Below, in pieces: positions 57,008 through 59,698 of a DNA stretch of 59,698 nt. This stretch comes from Anaerolineales bacterium (lineage in GTDB: Bacteria; Chloroflexota; Anaerolineae; Anaerolineales; Villigracilaceae): the NCBI GenBank assembly GCA_038250295.1, contig JBBSCM010000001.1, positions 1-59,698 on the forward strand. Direction: 5' to 3'. Within the stretch, counting starts at the first letter, position 1, and each line of letters opens with the position of its first letter. The notes under the pieces are model-generated. The model ran no database searches. It was not told the origin of the DNA and saw only the letters and a list, made by a program, of their open reading frames with translations. A program made the translations under genes and the position numbers.

Positions 57008-59698
57008 ATGGAGAAATACGTGTTTCGTAAAACCACTTCCTTTATACTGGCTATTTTTTTATTATTGAGCTTGGCCGCTACCTTTAGCCCTGTAAAAGCT
57101 GCCACGATCCTGCCGCCGGGGTTTGTCAGCGAGGCAGTTGTTACTAATCTTACCGGGCCGACTACCATTGCCTTTGCCCCGGATGGCCGCATGTTTATCG
57201 GTCAGAAAGATGGGCGCGTGCGGGTTTTCCAAAATGGTGCTCTTCTACCAACAGATTTCATTGATCTTTCAGCTGAAGTTAATACTTACTGGGATCGTGG
57301 GTTGATGGGCATTGCTGTTCACCCCGATTTTCCCACCACACCCTATCTTTATTTTTTATACACTTATGATCCGCCGGGCTCAACTGCCAACGGTACTGGT
57401 GCGCGCGTCTCCCGATTAATGCGTGTTACAGCTGATCCCAATAACACAAATGTGGCCTTGCCCGGAAGTGAAGTTGTACTGTTGGGTACCAACAGTACTT
57501 TAGCAAACATCGGCGATCTCATTACTAATGACGGTCCAGCCTCGTGTGAGAGTGGGGGTGTCTACGTTCAAGACTGTATTGCGGCTGATGGCCCTTCGCA
57601 CACAATTGGCACCCTCATATTCGGAACAGATGGATCGTTGTTTGTCAGCAGTGGCGATGCCGCGCATTTCAATTACACTGATTTTCGTGCTTTGCGTGCT
57701 CTTAACGTCGACAGCCTCAATGGCAAAATCCTGCGTATCCATCCTATCACTGGTGAAGGCTATCCCGATAATCCTTTCTATAACGGCAACCCAAACAGCA
57801 ATCGTTCCAAGGTATATAGTCTGGGATTGCGCAATCCATTCCGCGTGACGGTCAACACCTCGAACGGTGAGTTATTTATTGGTGATGTCGGCTGGAATGC
57901 ATGGGAAGAGTTGAATACCGGGCGAGGTAAGAATTTTGGCTGGCCATGTTACGAGGGCGATGATGTTGGGAGTGCCCAGCAGGGAAGCTATAAGAATACA
58001 CCTACAACTTCGGCTACTTGCAGCGCATTATACGCTCAGGGATTGGGCGCAGTACAAGCCCCTATTCATTCCTATCAAAACATTGGAGGAGCCTCGGTGC
58101 AGGCTGGAGGGTTTTATCAGGGTATAAACTACCCGCCTCAATATCAGGGCGCATTGTTCTTTTCCGACTACGACTCCGACTGGATTAATTATCTCACTTT
58201 TGATGGTAATGGTGTGGCCACCAAATTTGACTTTGGCACGGATGTTTCACCCGTTGGTGGCGTTGTGCAATTGCTCATTGGCCCGGATACAAATCTCTAT
58301 TATGTAGCCTATAACGGACCCTCACCGAACACCAGTGAAGTCCGCCGCATTCGCTATACCGCTGGGGGAAACACGCCACCGATTGCCAACGCTAGTGCTG
58401 ACCCTGACTCTGGTTATGTGCCGTTTACAGTGAATTTCTCCAGTGCTGGTTCGTTCGATCCTGATAATCAAGTGTTGACCTATATCTGGGACTTTGGTGA
58501 TGGCAATACCGGTGCCGGCCCAAACCCTTCTCACACGTACGTTACGAATGGGAATTTTACTGCGACACTTACTGTCACTGACTCAGCGGGGGATACAGGC
58601 TCCGATACTGTCGACGTTACCGTTGGCAACCTGCGACCGGTAGCATCCATCATCTCACCAACCGATGGCTTTGCTTACAGCGCGGGTGATACGATTGGCT
58701 ACAACGGTACGGGTATTGATAATGATGATGGCAATCTCGGTGGAGCAAGCCTGCAATGGGATATTCTGCTCCATCATAACCAACATACGCACTTCGACTA
58801 TATCCCAGGTTTGATCGATAATATTGGCAGTTTCCCCGTTCCTGATCATGGCGATAATACCTGGATTGAATTGTGCCTTACCGTTACGGATAGCGGCGGT
58901 CTTAACGATCAGGATTGCGTTAATCTCCAACCTAACATGGTTGCTTTATCATTTGATACTGTTCCTGGTGGATTGAAGCTGGAGTATGACGGTATTACTT
59001 ACACCACACCTTTCGTTGTCACCACCAATGTTAACTCAGTAAGAGATTTGATCGCACCGCTGACACAGGGAGCTTGCAACAACTTTGTCTCGTGGTCAGA
59101 TGGCGGTACTGCCAGCCATCAGATCACCACCGGCGCGACTCCGCAAACCTACACAGCAACGTACACATCTTGTCCGACCATTGGAGCGAATGGGGTCAAT
59201 TCTGTACCCGATACCGGCAACGGCAGTATTAGCGAGAATGAAGGCATTCTTGACACACTTGGTATCACTCAGCTCACAGTCGAGTTCAGCCAGGATGTGC
59301 TAAATGTCCCAAGTACAGATCCTAATTATGGGGATAGTGTCACAAATCCTGCAAACTATATGCTTGTGTTGGGCAGCTCCACCGGAGTGTTCCAAACCGT
59401 CAGTTGTAGTACGGGAGTCGTTGCACCGGATGTGGCCATATCGGTTGACAGCGTAACGTATAGCAGCAACAATGGAGCTGGTCCATTTATTGCAACCCTT
59501 AATATCAATGGCGGTCTCCCGCTTAACGTGGTCGGTTTCTATCGCTTATACGTTTGCGGAACCACATCCATTGTCGATGCAGTGAATACTAACTTGATCC
59601 TGGCTGGAAACGGGTCAACGCCCGGTACGGATTTCCTGCGGAATTTCCGTATCCGAACCCGTGTGACAGGAGGCGGTAATAATGGTAAGGCTGCGCAA
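57008..59698 (+). CDS. Large secreted protein: GSDH/PQQ-type beta-propeller plus PKD domain (runs off the window; absent from the ORF track)
   Basis: Signal peptide ending VKA-A; FAPDGRMF, DRGLMG, LNGKILRI, GLRNPFR, NFGWPCYEG and YIWDFGDG motifs; start may be GTG at 57020. Confidence 0.88.
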   Translation, partial: MEKYVFRKTTSFILAIFLLLSLAATFSPVKAATILPPGFVSEAVVTNLTGPTTIAFAPDGRMFIGQKDGRVRVFQNGALLPTDFIDLSAEVNTYWDRGLMGIAVHPDFPTTPYLYFLYTYDPPGSTANGTGARVSRLMRVTADPNNTNVALPGSEVVLLGTNSTLANIGDLITNDGPASCESGGVYVQDCIAADGPSHTIGTLIFGTDGSLFVSSGDAAHFNYTDFRALRALNVDSLNGKILRIHPITGEGYPDNPFYNGNPNSNRSKVYSLGLRNPFRVTVNTSNGELFIGDVGWNAWEELNTGRGKNFGWPCYEGDDVGSAQQGSYKNTPTTSATCSALYAQGLGAVQAPIHSYQNIGGASVQAGGFYQGINYPPQYQGALFFSDYDSDWINYLTFDGNGVATKFDFGTDVSPVGGVVQLLIGPDTNLYYVAYNGPSPNTSEVRRIRYTAGGNTPPIANASADPDSGYVPFTVNFSSAGSFDPDNQVLTYIWDFGDGNTGAGPNPSHTYVTNGNFTATLTVTDSAGDTGSDTVDVTVGNLRPVASIISPTDGFAYSAGDTIGYNGTGIDNDDGNLGGASLQWDILLHHNQHTHFDYIPGLIDNIGSFPVPDHGDNTWIELCLTVTDSGGLNDQDCVNLQPNMVALSFDTVPGGLKLEYDGITYTTPFVVTTNVNSVRDLIAPLTQGACNNFVSWSDGGTASHQITTGATPQTYTATYTSCPTIGANGVNSVPDTGNGSISENEGILDTLGITQLTVEFSQDVLNVPSTDPNYGDSVTNPANYMLVLGSSTGVFQTVSCSTGVVAPDVAISVDSVTYSSNNGAGPFIATLNINGGLPLNVVGFYRLYVCGTTSIVDAVNTNLILAGNGSTPGTDFLRNFRIRTRVTGGGNNGKAAQ

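Overview
Chromosomal window, most likely from an Anaerolineae (Chloroflexota) bacterium. This is inferred from gene content, a nusA-infB operon without rimP, many apparently leaderless genes and the repeat families. Left to right: a phosphate region (surE fragment, PHP phosphoesterase, GT-B-like gene, phoU-ppx-CHAD-sixA-ppk1, phoR/phoB) with 11-bp-periodic PHO-like boxes; a class III adenylate cyclase; the nusA-ylxR-infB-rbfA-nrnA-truB-ribF operon; four L,D-transpeptidases plus an amidase; a DNA methyltransferase next to a PD-(D/E)XK-like orphan; an AT-rich islet (TolB-like, Cys-rich, MITE-interrupted AAC(3)-I-like GNAT, APH(9)-like, AraC, VOC); plsY, JAB, gyrB; a 4xGAF histidine kinase with a FIST protein; a NACHT-FGE NLR-like gene with a small partner; a Fur-family regulator with a Ni/Co ECF transporter; and a truncated secreted GSDH/PKD protein. 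Best candidate for a new system: the two-gene operon 49628-52701, where the NLR-like protein and a 143-aa helical protein share a ~20-aa N-terminal amyloid-like motif. Intergenic DNA is dense with nested palindromic repeats, some of which have entered coding sequences. No rRNA, tRNA or CRISPR array was seen. All calls come from motif recognition by eye; no database searches were run.
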